Numbered from the stretch's first letter, positions 52,977 to 62,242 are shown. The stretch is 64,000 bases of DNA from a virus (IMGVR_UViG_3300012933_000323:62432-126431), one strand, 5' to 3'. A program made the numbers and translations. Notes: generated by a model not told the origin, from the letters alone.

Positions 52977-53873
52977 TTATTTCTCCAAAAACTTACGTAC
53001 CCATTCCAAACGTTGCTGTTCATCTAGTGCAGTGTACATTTCAATGTTCTGTTGAATAGCATCAATCAAAGGATAGTATTCTTCATCAATTGATTGTTTG
53101 ATATCAGCACGCATTAGTTTATCAGTGCGAGGATTACGAGCAACAAATTTCTTAACCAAGTAGTACGGTGACTTGATCTTTGTTGCAGTACCATTGGCAC
53201 CATAGATAACGAAACCTTCATGCTTAACATGCTTTGCAAGAATCTCAATATATCCCATCGGCGCGTACACATGTGGTACGTGTTCAGCACCGAATTCACA
53301 AGCGTCAAAGTGAGTTACCTTAATTGGTGAACCCAAGTCCTTTAAGCGAGCGCCTAAGAAGTACATGCCTTCTTTTTCAGGAATGATATGTGGATCATTA
53401 CGGTGTACACACTCAAACATAAATGTGTATTTTGAATTATCACTGCAAGTAATTCTATAATGATTGAGGTGTGGTTCTATCAGTTCTTTGGCCATCTTGA
53501 CATAGTCAGAGTCAATAGAACCTGTTGTTGATACGAGAAGATCTCCTTTGTACCATGTCACAGCAACCATAAAGCCATTTACTTTGCGAACAGCATGAAC
53601 CATTTCATCTGGATAAAACGTTGGTGCATTTTTCTCAACACCGTAGTTATAGATCTTTGTAAAAGGATAACTTACGATGTTGAAATCTGCATCAACGATT
53701 AGTCCACGGCATTCTTCCAAATACTCGTTCCAAAGACCATCATAGAATACTTTACGTTTGTATTTAAGAACATGCAAGCCATTACCAGCATCCTTTATTT
53801 GGACTAGGTTTGACGTCTGTGCATATTCTTTTAATTCATCTAATGTCATATTCATCTTTCTATTATTGTGCAA
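52977..53873 (-). CDS. RNA ligase 1-like (T4 Rnl1 family nucleotidyltransferase domain, short form)
   Basis: Motif I RKVNGFMVAV...LLVSTTGSIDSDY (T4 Rnl1 KEDGSLVSTY...LFKSKGSIKSEQ), motif IV EGFVIYGA (EGYVAV) and motif V ATKIKSPYY (HFKIKSDWY). Confidence 0.55.
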   Translation of the reverse strand: MHNNRKMNMTLDELKEYAQTSNLVQIKDAGNGLHVLKYKRKVFYDGLWNEYLEECRGLIVDADFNIVSYPFTKIYNYGVEKNAPTFYPDEMVHAVRKVNGFMVAVTWYKGDLLVSTTGSIDSDYVKMAKELIEPHLNHYRITCSDNSKYTFMFECVHRNDPHIIPEKEGMYFLGARLKDLGSPIKVTHFDACEFGAEHVPHVYAPMGYIEILAKHVKHEGFVIYGANGTATKIKSPYYLVKKFVARNPRTDKLMRADIKQSIDEEYYPLIDAIQQNIEMYTALDEQQRLEWVRKFLEK

Positions 53874-53899
53874 AAAAGCCCTCTTGCGAGGGCTTCTGA

Positions 53900-55330
53900 T
53901 TACTTGTTAGAGTTTGCTCGAACTTCATCAAATGTATATTCACTGATGATTTTTCCATCACGGAATACTGTTTGCATTGCTTCAGTCCAACCACCGAAAC
54001 CCTTATCAGTCCAACCCGTTGGTGGAGTTACACCACTAGCGAATTCACCACCAGAGTTTGTCCATAAGGTAACTCGGCCAGCTTTTGATTTCTTACCAGC
54101 GTCAGTGATAGGATCTTTCTGAACATCAATCCATTTGCCATTGATTTGAGCAGAAGAACACTTCATAGCAAACTTTTGTGTATCACGATTAATGCCTTGT
54201 AGTAAAGCACCACCCATACCGAATGCAATGTTGTCAGCAGAGTAGCCAAGAACGCTAAAGTGGCCAAGGATGTTACGAATCACTCGTTCATTAATACCAT
54301 CACCTTGAATCAAACGAACATTGTTCAATACTTTGAAACCTTTGTCGTTTGTTGTGTATCCAAATTTCTTAGCAAGGATCTGGACCAATCTGACGCATAC
54401 GGCTTCAGGATCACCAGAGTCGGGTCGGATAACCACTGTTGCACCAGAGTCGATAATCTCTGCCTTGAGTTCGTCACCCCAAATATTTTCTGTTGCATTG
54501 AATACGTCATACGAATCGCTTACCACTGCGAAGATGGCCCCTTCACGTCCGAATTGCTGCAGCATATTTCTGTAGGCTGAGGCTTCGTTTTCTCGTCCCC
54601 AACTTGTGATGGTGCTGTGCTCTGCGGCGGGGATGGAGAATCCTGCGATTCCGGCGTTATAGTATTCACGAGCAAAAAGCAGGCCACTAACAGTGTCTGT
54701 ACCCATAAAGTTAACGAGGTGGGCCGCTCCTCCAAGTCCTGCAGACTCGAGACTAGATACACCCCGAGAGCCAAAGTCATGAAGTTTAAAGTTAAGACCA
54801 TTAATGTCTCCTGTTCTATTTAAGAAACCAGCAATCACATTCTTAATTGATTTAGATTGTGTCGCAACGGTTGTGGGATACCATACTGCACGAAGCAATG
54901 CGGTCTCTAAGTATGTAGTCAGCCAGAAACATTCAGGATCCGTGTTTTCAATAGTCGCCAATACGTTTTTAACAGGTACCACTGTGCCTTCAGGAACAGC
55001 GCGGATAACGACAGGAAGGTAACCTCCGTGTACCCGTAGAATGTACTCCCATCCTTGTCGGTTAAAGGGTTCTCCGTGAGCACTGAGAATCTCGTCAGCA
55101 ATATCAATGTCGGCTTGTGTGATTGGCTCAAGTAGGTATTCCTTAATGAAGGCTTGCAAACCGAAGAATACTGTTTCATCGTAAACACCACCACGGGATT
55201 CAATGTAACTATACACGCCGGTTGTGTTAGCTGGGTATTGCTTAAACATTGAAACTTTGTATGAGTCAGTGTTCAAAAGAATGTTTTTAGTTAATTTCAT
55301 GATAAACTCCTTATCGTTTGTTATGTACAA
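53900..55330 (-). CDS. nadV: nicotinamide phosphoribosyltransferase (NadV/NAMPT)
   Basis: Long collinear blocks match NAMPT: FSIPAAEHSTITSWG, VSDSYD, IRPDSGDP, IQGDGI, NIAFGMGGALLQ, and KKSKAGR. Confidence 0.85.
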   Translation of the reverse strand: MYITNDKEFIMKLTKNILLNTDSYKVSMFKQYPANTTGVYSYIESRGGVYDETVFFGLQAFIKEYLLEPITQADIDIADEILSAHGEPFNRQGWEYILRVHGGYLPVVIRAVPEGTVVPVKNVLATIENTDPECFWLTTYLETALLRAVWYPTTVATQSKSIKNVIAGFLNRTGDINGLNFKLHDFGSRGVSSLESAGLGGAAHLVNFMGTDTVSGLLFAREYYNAGIAGFSIPAAEHSTITSWGRENEASAYRNMLQQFGREGAIFAVVSDSYDVFNATENIWGDELKAEIIDSGATVVIRPDSGDPEAVCVRLVQILAKKFGYTTNDKGFKVLNNVRLIQGDGINERVIRNILGHFSVLGYSADNIAFGMGGALLQGINRDTQKFAMKCSSAQINGKWIDVQKDPITDAGKKSKAGRVTLWTNSGGEFASGVTPPTGWTDKGFGGWTEAMQTVFRDGKIISEYTFDEVRANSNK

Positions 55331-55362
55331 ATTATGTACGGTTTTATTATAACACGGTTTTG

Positions 55363-55842
55363 TTAATTTTTATATTTGTTTTTAATAAATTCAGCAACTT
55401 CTTCAAGAGAATTCGCCATCTTCATTCCAGTGTGCTTACACATTATGTCAACATTACCTTTTCGCCAAAATCCGTAAGGACAGCAAACAATAACATCGGT
55501 TAAATGCCGCTGCATTGATGCAACATACCCAAGTTCCATTAATGTGATTGGGCTTTTTGTATTAGGATCAAAATAAAATACAATGGTTTCGGCATAATCT
55601 AATCCATCAAGTTCCCATGTAACTTGTTGATTAAATTCTGGATTATCAATTGATTGTACCCATGATGAATCCCAATCATCACGCCGAGGATTTAATAGAA
55701 TACATTTTATATCGGTTAACATGTTACCGAGACGTTCTTGCCATTGTTCGGCTACTCCCATTTCAATTGATCCTGCCAAGAAAATACTTGGCGAATCAAA
55801 TTCAGGAATAACATTTGGTGCTTTGAGCATTTTCATAGTTGC
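55363..55842 (-). CDS. nucleoside 2-deoxyribosyltransferase/Rcl-like (NDT-fold) protein
   Basis: SIFLAGSIEMG...NP...E...ELGYVAS fits the NDT pattern. The likely start is MATMKML at about 55842; the track start at 55935 overlaps the upstream gene. Confidence 0.4.
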   Translation of the reverse strand, partial: ATMKMLKAPNVIPEFDSPSIFLAGSIEMGVAEQWQERLGNMLTDIKCILLNPRRDDWDSSWVQSIDNPEFNQQVTWELDGLDYAETIVFYFDPNTKSPITLMELGYVASMQRHLTDVIVCCPYGFWRKGNVDIMCKHTGMKMANSLEEVAEFIKNKYKN

Positions 55843-56777
55843 CATTCCTTTGGAGTATGTACTTTTTGAAGTCCACAACCAACTGATGGTTTGACATGTT
55901 CTGGGTGATCTTTCATCCAATCTTGGACATACCACAATTGACCACAGCCTCCACCGATAGTATCTTGACCAGCCGGATCAAATATTCGAACATCGTAGCC
56001 GTTAACAACCAACTTGTTTCCGAACTCAATTGCTAGGTTACGTTGAATCTCATTAGTTGCTTCTGCATGAGCATCCCGTTCACAAATAACTGAAACTGTG
56101 GCATTCCATATAGCAGGATGGAACAATTTCAAAAGACGAGAAACATCTTCATATTTGTCGTTATTTTCATGAGCACAGTAGTTGAAGTACGGCTTGCGAC
56201 CAGTATCCAAGTACCAACGAACACCTACATCTGCAATTTCTTGTAGATTTAGTTTCTTATCAAATGGAATCAACTTATCACGAGCCTCATCAGTTGATTC
56301 GTGAATACTGAATTGCAAACCAACCGTTGGGATTCGCTTACTCATATCGATAATCCATTGATAGGAAACTTTAGGACCTGACGAACTAATTAGCAGTGCA
56401 GCATTTGGGTATTTTTCGTAGAGGATCTCAAATGCTTCTTCTAATGCTTTGTTCAAAGCAGGTTCACCCATTGACATTACCATGATTTGAAGCTTCTTGA
56501 TGTCATTTGGATTTAAACCGTCAATCTGTGTTTCAAGAATGTACTCGGCTTGTCCTACGATTTCATCGGCGGTAAGATTTCTAACAAAATAATCCCCTGT
56601 GCCACAGAAACGGCAACCCATAGGGCAACCGCACATAGTGCTAATACAAAGAACAGTTCGTTCTTCATATGTCGGATAACGGTAAAGAACTGACTCAATT
56701 GCGATGTCGTCTTTTTCAAATACGTATTTTTTAACATGTTCTTTTTCGTCTTCAAAGACATTAATATTTTTCCACAT
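55833..56777 (-). CDS. radical SAM enzyme of the RlmN/Cfr family
   Basis: LCISTMCGCPMGCRFCGTG (RlmN CVSSQVGCALGCTFCSTG), MSMGEPALN (MGMGEPLLN) and a C-terminal GGCGQLW (the second catalytic Cys, GAACGQL). Confidence 0.5.
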   Translation of the reverse strand: MWKNINVFEDEKEHVKKYVFEKDDIAIESVLYRYPTYEERTVLCISTMCGCPMGCRFCGTGDYFVRNLTADEIVGQAEYILETQIDGLNPNDIKKLQIMVMSMGEPALNKALEEAFEILYEKYPNAALLISSSGPKVSYQWIIDMSKRIPTVGLQFSIHESTDEARDKLIPFDKKLNLQEIADVGVRWYLDTGRKPYFNYCAHENNDKYEDVSRLLKLFHPAIWNATVSVICERDAHAEATNEIQRNLAIEFGNKLVVNGYDVRIFDPAGQDTIGGGCGQLWYVQDWMKDHPEHVKPSVGCGLQKVHTPKEWQL

Positions 56778-56787
56778 AGTAAGCTCC

Positions 56788-57774
56788 TTACAGTTTTGCG
56801 AAAGCAGGCATTGGCATTACGCCAGTTACTTTTGAGACGATGTCTTTGTGGTCATCATACATCTCAATATTATTGAGAGCATCAGTGAGTGGCACCCACT
56901 TACACAAAGCAGCATCATCGGCACCATTTGCTCGTGGAAGCGAACCATCTGGGTTAGGACTGATTCGCATATAGACCGCAAGAGTATTGCGTGGAATACC
57001 AAATGAACGACTAGGATCGTCAAACAGTTCAGTCTTTACGATAGAACCACGGAGAACTTTTTCAGGAACTCTTACGTTTGTTTCTTCTTGAAGTTCGCGG
57101 ATGGCGCAGTCAAGAAATGTTTCGCGCTGGTTCCTGAACCCACCAGGTAAAGCCCAAGCTCCTGCCCCTGGCGCATACTTCCGTTGGATAAGAAGGATGT
57201 GGCCTTGGCATTCAAGGATGGCGTCACTACAGTTGAAGTTGAGTGTTTCTGGGAATGGGTAGTTTGCAAAGGTAGCCGCCTCTTTCTTATAGTAATTATA
57301 ATCAGCTTGAACAGATGCTGGCATATCAGGATCATCTGTTTCAAACATACGCTTACGTGTTGCAGATGCATCAATTTTGTACTGAGATTCAATGCTTTTG
57401 AATTTCCAGTCAGGAAACCATGTGAGATAGTCGTTACCATCTTTCATGTGGCCAAACAATGTTGGAACTTCTTCAGTGAAGTGTTCAATTGTTGCTCGTA
57501 CGTCTGCCATCCATTGAGTATCGCTATAACGATAATCATTGATTGGAACAATCTCGTAGTTGTAGATGCGGTGAGCATGCAACTTAGCCATTAACATAGC
57601 TTTACGTTCTTGGAACGTCCATGGATTCTTAATACTACGACACTGATTTGCTGATCCCACAAAGATGTACAGCTGAGCTACTTGGGATGCTGCGATTCCT
57701 AACGCATGTATATGTCCTTGGTGGACTGGTTGGAATCGACCGATGAAGATACCGGCTTTGATTTTTTCTGTCAT
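56788..57774 (-). CDS. natV: bifunctional NMN adenylyltransferase / Nudix hydrolase (NatV-like)
   Basis: The N terminus GIFIGRFQPVHQGH matches the NadM (H/T)xGH motif, and the C-terminal Nudix box reads PGGFRNQRETFLDCAIRELQEETN. Confidence 0.8.
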   Translation of the reverse strand: MTEKIKAGIFIGRFQPVHQGHIHALGIAASQVAQLYIFVGSANQCRSIKNPWTFQERKAMLMAKLHAHRIYNYEIVPINDYRYSDTQWMADVRATIEHFTEEVPTLFGHMKDGNDYLTWFPDWKFKSIESQYKIDASATRKRMFETDDPDMPASVQADYNYYKKEAATFANYPFPETLNFNCSDAILECQGHILLIQRKYAPGAGAWALPGGFRNQRETFLDCAIRELQEETNVRVPEKVLRGSIVKTELFDDPSRSFGIPRNTLAVYMRISPNPDGSLPRANGADDAALCKWVPLTDALNNIEMYDDHKDIVSKVTGVMPMPAFAKL

Positions 57775-57846
57775 TCTAAACTCCTTAGAAATACAACAGT
57801 AGACTGCCTACCGTTGATTTATTTATTATAACACGATTTAGTTAAT

Positions 57847-58176
57847 TTAATACAAGATCATCAAATCTTCTGCATCAACATTAAGATCTCGACCAAATTT
57901 ATGTGCAACTTCAGCTGCTTTTAACAGTTTCTCAATACGATTTGCTCGATATGTATCGCAAAGTTTAACCATGTGGAACCTACTCCAGATGTCAGAGCAC
58001 TCTAAATGAGCCGTAGCCTCGTTACGAGTTTTACCTTTAACCAATCCAAACCACTTTGGTTTCATTTCTTTTTGGATTAGTGGTTCTTGTAGTTTCATGA
58101 TATATGCATAGTGTTTATCTGCCCAGTTGACGCACTTTTCCATTACATCATCTGCTGGTAATGTTACATAGCTCAT
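57847..58176 (-). CDS. hypothetical protein
   Basis: 109-aa ORF. Confidence 0.4.
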   Translation of the reverse strand: MSYVTLPADDVMEKCVNWADKHYAYIMKLQEPLIQKEMKPKWFGLVKGKTRNEATAHLECSDIWSRFHMVKLCDTYRANRIEKLLKAAEVAHKFGRDLNVDAEDLMILY

Positions 58177-58457
58177 TCTTCAACTCCGAAACGATGTTTA
58201 ATGTTGTAACGTATTGCTTCGCAAGTTGCCTCACCCTCTGCGTACATATTCTTGTCGATAAAGACATCAGACGCCAGGCGTTTGCCGAAGTAAACTGCTC
58301 TTCGCTCTTCACAAATGTTCATGCATTCTAGCGCAATCAACTCGGCTAACTTTTCTGTATAACCAGCAGGAATATGTGACGATATTGGAAAATTAGTGTT
58401 GTCCATTGCCCAGAGTTTAGCCTGCTTATCAAGTTCTTTAATTCGTTCGTTCATCAT
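58173..58457 (-). CDS. small protein, paralog of 59832..60086 (MMNERIKEL... family)
   Basis: Shared N terminus MMNERIKELxxQA and C terminus ATCExxxxxIKxxFxVEE. Confidence 0.4.
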   Translation of the reverse strand: MMNERIKELDKQAKLWAMDNTNFPISSHIPAGYTEKLAELIALECMNICEERRAVYFGKRLASDVFIDKNMYAEGEATCEAIRYNIKHRFGVEE

Positions 58458-58684
58458 TTAAAAATTACCTCGAAAGGTGCATACTGACTAAAAAGTACAT
58501 ACCAAAAATAACCAAGTGCGAACGGTGAAACTGCACTGATGGTACGCACATACCATGGCTGCACAGCTCCACCAATTGTGAAAGGACCAGTGCATAACGC
58601 AAACATCGTTAAGCTAATGATGCTAAATTGAATCAGCACCAAACAACATAAAATAAAACCGAGTACCGCCATCATATTTACCAT
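58454..58684 (-). CDS. small membrane protein
   Basis: 76-aa ORF with two TM segments. Confidence 0.35.
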   Translation of the reverse strand: MVNMMAVLGFILCCLVLIQFSIISLTMFALCTGPFTIGGAVQPWYVRTISAVSPFALGYFWYVLFSQYAPFEVIFK

Positions 58685-59007
58685 CCAATCACAATGCCAT
58701 AGTTTTGAATTGTTGGGCCGTTGCCGTTATCGTCTGCTAGACCGCGAGGCACATAAGATTCACCGTCTAGCCTAATCTCAACACGATATCCCAACTCTTT
58801 GAGTCGCCATTCTACTGCTTTTTGCAAAGGTGTAATTGTGCTCTGTAGGTACTCAAACTGTTTCACGCTACCCATGTCAATAAACACTTGGCGCTTGCCA
58901 CCATTTGCAGCATCTTTTACCTTTTGTTCAACACTGTGCTTCAAGTAGTCAGCAACCTCTTGACCACTTTGGTCATAAAGTTCTTTGGCTTCTTTTGCGG
59001 TAATCAT
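58678..59007 (-). CDS. hypothetical protein
   Basis: 109-aa ORF. Confidence 0.4.
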   Translation of the reverse strand: MITAKEAKELYDQSGQEVADYLKHSVEQKVKDAANGGKRQVFIDMGSVKQFEYLQSTITPLQKAVEWRLKELGYRVEIRLDGESYVPRGLADDNGNGPTIQNYGIVIGW

Positions 59008-59354
59008 AATACATCCTATCGTTTGTAATAGCGTTTGTGAGAGTGTATATCACTTCGTATTTGTACAATTGTATTATACCAAGAATGTTTTAAAGAATGA
59101 TAGATGTTGCCAAATAAATTCATTAAAAATAGAATTGGTACTAGGATATACCCTGCATAATACATCAATGATTTAAACATTAATAAACTTCTTTGATGAT
59201 ATCAAAATCAGTCTTAGGAAACTTTTCCTTGAACTCATCTGTCTTCACGTACTCGTTGTAAGACTTAGCATCAAAGAATACTTTCTTCAATACAGAGATG
59301 TGATTGTTTTTAGGACATACTGTCAAATAGATTGATGTTGCTTTGCCGGCCATG

Positions 59355-59819
59355 TTATTCTTCCTGTGATTTGAATTTAATTTTGAAACAAGTTTTATCT
59401 TTAAACTTACGATACAGCAATGTAAGGAACGTTGGTGGTCGTTCTTGTTTACGTTTACCGTACATGACTTTTTGGTATGCTTGCACTCCAGTGGGAATTG
59501 CTTTTTCAGCAATAAACCACATAATAAGCATAATACTAAAAATACCGAATGACGATATATAACACACGTATGCAATTTCTGCAAACACGCTTAATTCAAT
59601 ACCATTGATAAAGAATTCGTAAAGCTCATACAGCATATTGATAGTTAGACCAACACCGATTAGTGCCAATCCATATACAACAATGAATAGTAATAGACCT
59701 TTTAGGAATGCTCGAGTGTAAGAGCAAAAGTCATTATCATCTCGCCATTCTCGAACTCGACGCCAACCAAAGTTAGCCAGCCAAAAGTGCCATGAGTTAG
59801 TTTTTAATTCAAATTCCAT
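59355..59819 (-). CDS. membrane protein
   Basis: 154-aa ORF with two to three TM segments. Track ORF 59180..59584 partly overlaps; a shorter ORF MAGKATSIY (59180..59354) may follow. Confidence 0.4.
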   Translation of the reverse strand: MEFELKTNSWHFWLANFGWRRVREWRDDNDFCSYTRAFLKGLLLFIVVYGLALIGVGLTINMLYELYEFFINGIELSVFAEIAYVCYISSFGIFSIMLIMWFIAEKAIPTGVQAYQKVMYGKRKQERPPTFLTLLYRKFKDKTCFKIKFKSQEE

Positions 59820-59831
59820 TTTCTTTTCCTT

Positions 59832-60086
59832 TCATTCTTCAACTTCGAAATGTTGTTTAATCCCTTTTGCGTAATCTTCGCAAGTGGCGTGGCCACCATC
59901 GTCATCAAATATGTTCTCAACAAAATTAGCACATTCTTTCGCAATCAACTCAGCGAACTTTGCATCACGGTCTTGTTGAAACTTGCGAGGATTTGCAGAA
60001 CGACCATACGAATCTTGTTCTGGATTCATCTTGTAAGCATAATTGTCAGCCTGTTCAGCAAGTTCTTTGATTCGTTCGTTCATCAT
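59832..60086 (-). CDS. small protein, paralog of 58173..58457
   Basis: MMNERIKELAEQA...ATCEDYAKGIKQHFEVEE. Confidence 0.4.
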   Translation of the reverse strand: MMNERIKELAEQADNYAYKMNPEQDSYGRSANPRKFQQDRDAKFAELIAKECANFVENIFDDDGGHATCEDYAKGIKQHFEVEE

Positions 60087-60445
60087 AGAATCACCTTTAT
60101 GATGTGGTCGTGTTTGATGTTCATTTCAAGAAATTTCATTCTAGCTTGTGCTTTGTCAGTTGCATCAACTTCAAAATGCTCGGTGCCAGGTTTTTGATAT
60201 GACTTATACACAACGAAATAATGTTTCATTTTGGTCCTTTTTGTTTCATGGTTTTATTATAACATAGAAACTTGAAGTTTTCAAAAATTACATATCTTTT
60301 ATGCAAGTTTTATTTGCATCAGTGTAAAAGTCGTCATTCCAATGTTGGACGTATACTTTACCGTTTATGCATTTAGAACGTGGTGTACCTTCTTTTTTGC
60401 CACAGGCCGACAATACAAATATCAAAATAACAATACTAATTATTT

Positions 60446-60643
60446 TCATAGTTTTACTATAACTTGGTGACTACACTCAGGACATTCAATGTAATGATAT
60501 ACTTCTCGGCCACCACCGTAGTCAACTTCTACTCGTTCTTTAATGTCGCGAGGTACATATTCTAATGTACACCCGCAATTTTTACAAACGATTTCTTTAA
60601 CGACACTACGATGTGGAGGTTTATTTACAACTGTTACCATCAT
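60446..60643 (-). CDS. zinc-ribbon protein
   Basis: CKNCGC...CPECSH. Confidence 0.4.
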   Translation of the reverse strand: MMVTVVNKPPHRSVVKEIVCKNCGCTLEYVPRDIKERVEVDYGGGREVYHYIECPECSHQVIVKL

Positions 60644-60870
60644 TTAACTCCAAACTTTCTGAACATATCGTCCTCATCGCCTTGAAGTGTACAACTCTTA
60701 CCGCATTCGCGAACAACCAACTTAATCAGCATTTCGATATCTTCAAGATTGCAAACAGCAGCATGGCCATCGTATCCGTCGTATTCCCAAAGAATACTAA
60801 TACCGGACTTTTTGCAAAGTTCTAATGTTTGTTCATTCATTTCATCGCCCAACTGCGTTATAACGAGCAA
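60640..60870 (-). CDS. hypothetical protein
   Basis: 76-aa ORF. Confidence 0.35.
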   Translation of the reverse strand: MLVITQLGDEMNEQTLELCKKSGISILWEYDGYDGHAAVCNLEDIEMLIKLVVRECGKSCTLQGDEDDMFRKFGVK

Positions 60871-61045
60871 TCATATTCGTCAAACTGGTCTTCATATCAG
60901 TCAGTTCAGTTAACGCTTTTGTAAAGTGCCCGTTCTCATGACGATCATGGGACATCTTACGATTGATCACCGTTGCATGTTTAGTAGCTTCGATTGCTGC
61001 GTTGGTAGCATTCAATCGAGCTTCAAGTTTTTCTAAATCATTCAT
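60842..61045 (-). CDS. hypothetical protein
   Basis: 67-aa ORF. Confidence 0.3.
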   Translation of the reverse strand: MNDLEKLEARLNATNAAIEATKHATVINRKMSHDRHENGHFTKALTELTDMKTSLTNMIARYNAVGR

Positions 61046-61281
61046 TCGTTAACTCCTAATAAATCGTTTAGAACTTTGGCGTCTTGTTCACCTCGGCTCT
61101 TAACTCTACAACTAATGCTTTCACCGTAGCATTCATACTTGTCATAAGCAATATAACAGAATCCAGCACCGATGACTGTTCCGCCAATTGCGCGGGCAAC
61201 ATCTGAATGAGTACTTAACTCACTAAAGACAAACGGTAATGCGATTCCACCTAACTCAACGACGATGTATTTTGATTTCAT
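61042..61281 (-). CDS. hypothetical protein
   Basis: 79-aa ORF. Confidence 0.35.
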   Translation of the reverse strand: MKSKYIVVELGGIALPFVFSELSTHSDVARAIGGTVIGAGFCYIAYDKYECYGESISCRVKSRGEQDAKVLNDLLGVNE

Positions 61282-61520
61282 TTCAATAACCCTAAAAGTT
61301 TAAAAATTAAAATATCTTGTTCAGTAGCATCACGAACGTATTCTTCGCTAATACTACCATGACGATGCCAAGGATCATCCTGTTTTAGAACAGTTATACC
61401 CTTCTCTTCACGAAGATATTCACCAGGAGAAATCAATGTTTTCAAGTAACAAATCGTTACCTCTTTCATTTGTTCGTTGTTAAGATTAACAACTTCAGGT
61501 TTATAGATTGTTACTTGCAT
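61278..61520 (-). CDS. hypothetical protein
   Basis: 80-aa ORF. Confidence 0.35.
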   Translation of the reverse strand: MQVTIYKPEVVNLNNEQMKEVTICYLKTLISPGEYLREEKGITVLKQDDPWHRHGSISEEYVRDATEQDILIFKLLGLLK

Positions 61521-61858
61521 TATATACCTTTTCCAGCAAATTTCTTCTTAAGACGTTCATATTCAGCGAGTTCTTTAGCTTCTTTAACAGCTTTTTGTTC
61601 TTTCTCTTTGGCTTTAGCCTTAGCTTCTTCTGCTAAACGTTTGTTGTATTCTCGATCAGTTTCCAAACGACGTTCACGCATAGTCATTTCTTTGCCACCG
61701 TCATAGCCATAACGATTGATATGGAAGTAAAGATCACGTCCTGGATATTCAGCCCTAAAGGCTACCATGTTTTCAATGATTTGTTCTGGTGTCTTATCAT
61801 CAAAATCATCAAAATCACAATAGATATCTGCGTCAACATCTAAAACCTTTTTACTCAT
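61520..61858 (-). CDS. basic coiled-coil protein
   Basis: The C terminus reads KAKAKEKEQKAVKEAKELAEYERLKKK. Confidence 0.35.
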   Translation of the reverse strand: MSKKVLDVDADIYCDFDDFDDKTPEQIIENMVAFRAEYPGRDLYFHINRYGYDGGKEMTMRERRLETDREYNKRLAEEAKAKAKEKEQKAVKEAKELAEYERLKKKFAGKGI

Positions 61859-61859
61859 A

Positions 61860-62120
61860 TCACGTTCCTGAGCAAACTAAACCAGATTCACAGCAAACTT
61901 CAACGTCTTGTAGAATACGTTTGAGTTCGTCAATGTTGAGTTCTAACATCTTACCGACCGTGTATGCTACCATACGCACATGTGCATCTTCCGATTGTCG
62001 ATTCTCGGTTTCACGAGCCAAGTATGCTTCTTTACCAGCAATCGTATTCTTCAAGTTATCACGAACTACAAAAATATTCATTTCAGACATATCAAAACCA
62101 CCCATTTCCAATATAACCAA
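61860..62120 (-). CDS. hypothetical protein
   Basis: 86-aa ORF. Confidence 0.35.
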   Translation of the reverse strand: MVILEMGGFDMSEMNIFVVRDNLKNTIAGKEAYLARETENRQSEDAHVRMVAYTVGKMLELNIDELKRILQDVEVCCESGLVCSGT

Positions 62121-62242
62121 GCTCTTTCATTTTCTTTTCATAATCACGATCAGCTTGGTTCTGTTTATACACAAAGAAATAACCAACAACCCATGCCATG
62201 GCTAGTACAAATAATACCAACAATGGAATTAATAAATTGCAG

